This document shows positions 57,954 to 60,481 of a stretch of DNA of 60,481 bases, piece after piece. The notes beneath the pieces were generated by a model that had not been told where the DNA came from, searched no databases, and saw nothing but the letters and a program-made list of their open reading frames with translations. Each line of letters opens with the position of its first letter. Within the stretch, counting starts at the first letter, position 1. Source of the DNA: Occultella glacieicola (GTDB taxonomy: Bacteria; Actinomycetota; Actinomycetes; Actinomycetales; Beutenbergiaceae); assembly GCF_004353825.1 (NCBI RefSeq), contig NZ_SMNA01000017.1, positions 1 to 60,481 on the forward strand, written 5' to 3'. A program made the position numbers and the translations under genes.

Positions 57954-59306
57954 ATGGCACGACTTTTCGGCACGGACGGGGTCCGAGGTCTGGCGAACCG
58001 GGAGGTGACCGCCGAGCTCGCGCTGCAGTTGGGCACCGCCGCGGCGCACGTCCTCGGCGAGCGGGGTACGTTCGGCGACCACCGACCGCGGGCGATCGTG
58101 GGCAGGGACCCGAGGGTCTCCGGGCAGTTCCTCGCGGCGGCCGTGATCGCGGGGCTCGCCAGTGCGGGCGTTGACACCGAGGACCTCGGGGTACTTCCGA
58201 CTCCCGCCGTGGCGTACCTGACCGCCGCCGAGAACGCCGACCTCGCCGTGATGATCTCCGCATCCCACAACCCGATGGCGGACAACGGCATCAAGTTCTT
58301 CGCACGGGGTGGGGTCAAGCTCGACGACGCGGTCGAGGACGCCATCGAGAGCGAACTGGGTAACTCCTGGGAGTTGCCCACGGGCGCCGACGTCGGACGC
58401 ATCACGCTCGACCGCGGCGTCGGCGGCGACCGGTATGTCCAACATCTGCTGAGCACGATCGGGCACGACCTGACCGGACTGCGGATCGCCGTCGACTGCG
58501 CGAACGGAGCGGCCAGCGAGGTCGGTCCCGAGGTCCTCCGGGCCGCCGGCGCCGACGTCGTGGTCATCAACGCCTCACCCGACGGCCGCAACATCAACGA
58601 GAAGTGCGGCTCGACGCATCCCGAACAGCTCCAGGCCGCCGTGGTGGCGTCCGAGTCGCACCTCGGGGTCGCGTACGACGGCGACGCCGATCGGTGCCTT
58701 GCCGTCGACCACACCGGTGCCCTGGTGGACGGGGACCAGATCATGGGCCTGCTCGCGCTGGCGTTGGCGGAGGAAGGCCGGCTCGCGCACAACACCCTGG
58801 TCGTCACCGTGATGAGCAACCTCGGTCTGATCCTCGCGATGCGGGAGGCAGGCATCCGCACCGAACAGACCGGTGTCGGTGACCGTTACGTGCTCGAGGC
58901 GATGCGCGCCGGCGGGTTCAGCCTCGGGGGTGAGCAGTCCGGCCACGTGATCATGTCCGACCACGCGACCACCGGTGACGGCGTCCTGACCGGCCTGCAC
59001 CTCGCCGCCCGGGTGGCCGCCACCGGTCGGACCCTGGCCGACCTGGCCTCGGTGGTCCGGCGCCTGCCCCAGGTGCTGATCAACGTGCCGGGCGTGGACA
59101 AGGCCCGTGTGGACTCCGACGAGGGGGTCGCGTCCGCGGTCACTGCGGCGCAGGCCCGGCTCGGCGAGACCGGTCGGGTGCTGCTGCGTTCCTCCGGGAC
59201 CGAGCCACTGGTGCGGGTCATGGTCGAGGCGGCCGAGCAGGGGCAGGCCGAGTCGGAGGCGCGCACGCTCAGCGACGTCGTCCTGGCCAGGCTCGCTCTC
59301 GCCTGA
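57954..59306 (+). CDS. glmM: Phosphoglucosamine mutase
   Basis: [40 protein letters not shown]. Confidence 0.97.
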   Translation: MARLFGTDGVRGLANREVTAELALQLGTAAAHVLGERGTFGDHRPRAIVGRDPRVSGQFLAAAVIAGLASAGVDTEDLGVLPTPAVAYLTAAENADLAVMISASHNPMADNGIKFFARGGVKLDDAVEDAIESELGNSWELPTGADVGRITLDRGVGGDRYVQHLLSTIGHDLTGLRIAVDCANGAASEVGPEVLRAAGADVVVINASPDGRNINEKCGSTHPEQLQAAVVASESHLGVAYDGDADRCLAVDHTGALVDGDQIMGLLALALAEEGRLAHNTLVVTVMSNLGLILAMREAGIRTEQTGVGDRYVLEAMRAGGFSLGGEQSGHVIMSDHATTGDGVLTGLHLAARVAATGRTLADLASVVRRLPQVLINVPGVDKARVDSDEGVASAVTAAQARLGETGRVLLRSSGTEPLVRVMVEAAEQGQAESEARTLSDVVLARLALA

Positions 59307-59311
59307 GTCGA

Positions 59312-59965
59312 ATGGGCCACGAGACGGCCGGGCCGTTGGCGGCGCGGGTCCGGGAGTTGCTCGACCACGCCCAGGACGGCGTCGTGCCGATCGTGCGGGC
59401 CGGCGAGCCGGTCCTACGGCGACGGGCACCGGCCTACCGGGGCGAGCTCGACGCCGGCCTGCTGAACGACCTGATCGCGTCGATGTTCGCCACGATGCGC
59501 GCGGCCCCGGGTGTCGGACTGGCCGCGCCGCAGATCGGCCTACCCCTGGCGCTCGCCGTCATCGAGGACCCGGGCGCGGCCGATCCGGACGTGGCGCAGA
59601 CGCGCGAGCGGTATCCGGTTGCGCCGATGGTCCTGGTGAACCCGCGCTACGAGCCCGTGGACACCGATGTCGCCGAGTTCTACGAAGGCTGCCTGTCCAT
59701 CCCCGGCTGGGTCGCGGTGCGTCGCCGCCGCCGCACGGTTCGGCTGCGGGCAGAGACCCTCGACGGCACATCCACCGTGGCGACCACGTCCGGGTGGCTC
59801 GCGAGGATCGTGCAGCACGAGACCGACCACCTGGCCGGCGAGCTGTTCCTCGACCGGGCCGAACCGAGGTCGCTCGCGCACGAGAGTCTGGCCGCGCGTT
59901 GGGCCGGCCCGGCCGACCCGACGCTGGCCGCGGAGGCACTCGGGTTCGACCTGTCCGGGCCATGA
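59312..59965 (+). CDS. def: Peptide deformylase
   Basis: GVGLAAPQIG, EGCLS, QHETDHL. Confidence 0.95.
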   Translation: MGHETAGPLAARVRELLDHAQDGVVPIVRAGEPVLRRRAPAYRGELDAGLLNDLIASMFATMRAAPGVGLAAPQIGLPLALAVIEDPGAADPDVAQTRERYPVAPMVLVNPRYEPVDTDVAEFYEGCLSIPGWVAVRRRRRTVRLRAETLDGTSTVATTSGWLARIVQHETDHLAGELFLDRAEPRSLAHESLAARWAGPADPTLAAEALGFDLSGP

Positions 59966-60134
59966 TGTGTTCCGCCCCACAGGTGTGGCCGCAGCCCGGC
60001 CGGACGAGGTCATCCGAGTGACCCGCGAACCCCTCTCCAAGGGGGCGGAATCGGCGAGATCGCGCGGCTCGCACGGGTGTCGTGCATGGGGCGGGATGGC
60101 CGTCCACGAGCGTGCCGGGAGGCACCGACACGAT

Positions 60135-60163
60135 TTGACCCCCTACCCGGAGCCGCGTAGTGT
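60135..60163 (+). promoter_or_regulatory. rRNA operon promoter P1
   Basis: TTGACC-17 bp-TAGTGT followed by GTTGCCCC. Confidence 0.65.
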
Positions 60164-60331
60164 TACATCTCGTTGCCCCGACAGGGAGGAACGGACACCG
60201 CGAGGTGGCCAGTCCCCGGTCAGGCAGCCCCTGGATCCGGTCCGGCCGGCGCGAAGCGCATGGAAGGCCAGGAAGCGGAACCCAAACCAGATCGGTCACG
60301 ATCGGTGTCGGCGCACATTGGCCGGCTCGAT

Positions 60332-60361
60332 TTGGAAGACTCGGACTGGATGGGCTAGGGT
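60332..60361 (+). promoter_or_regulatory. rRNA operon promoter P2
   Basis: TTGGAA-18 bp-TAGGGT followed by the same GTTGCCCC start motif. Confidence 0.55.
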
Positions 60362-60409
60362 AGAGAGGTTGCCCCAGCGAGGATCTTGGTTGGTCTGGTG
60401 TTGGTGCGC

Positions 60410-60481
60410 GTCCGCTCCTTGAGAACTCAACAGTGTGTCATATGATCGATGCCGAATAGTTTGTTTATTTGGTTTGACCAG
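60410..60481 (+). promoter_or_regulatory. rrn leader (boxA/processing-stem-like); 16S gene expected beyond the window
   Basis: CTCCTTGAGAACTCAACAGTGTG, typical of actinobacterial 16S leaders; sharp drop in GC. Confidence 0.75.

Overview
High-GC actinobacterial chromosome segment (Micrococcales-like, inferred from gene order and protein features). It carries the core transcription/translation supercluster: tRNA-Trp-secE-nusG-rplKA-rplJL-rpoBC, str (rpsL-rpsG-fusA-tuf), S10, spc, secY-adk-map, alpha (infA-rpmJ-rpsM-rpsK-rpoA-rplQ, with no rpsD), truA, rplM-rpsI, glmM, def, and the tandem promoters/leader of an rRNA operon at the right edge. Accessory insertions interrupt the core. (i) An FMN reductase and an MFS/ChbG-deacetylase/ABC cassette lie between rpoC and rpsL. 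(ii) A stand-alone EF-Tu domain II-like gene follows tuf. (iii) The most interesting is a ~9 kb island between map and infA. It encodes an orphan priming glycosyltransferase, a CysQ-like protein lacking most metal ligands, and two tandem MalT-like STAND-LuxR regulators, one with a degenerate Walker B. These are followed by two tandem putative non-coding RNA units with 6C-like CUCCCCC-loop hairpins. Each unit is preceded by repeated TCACC[C/A] boxes that also occur upstream of the glycosyltransferase. All calls come from reading the sequence and recognising motifs; no database searches were run. Start codons were adjusted from the ORF track using RBS, -10 elements and family knowledge.
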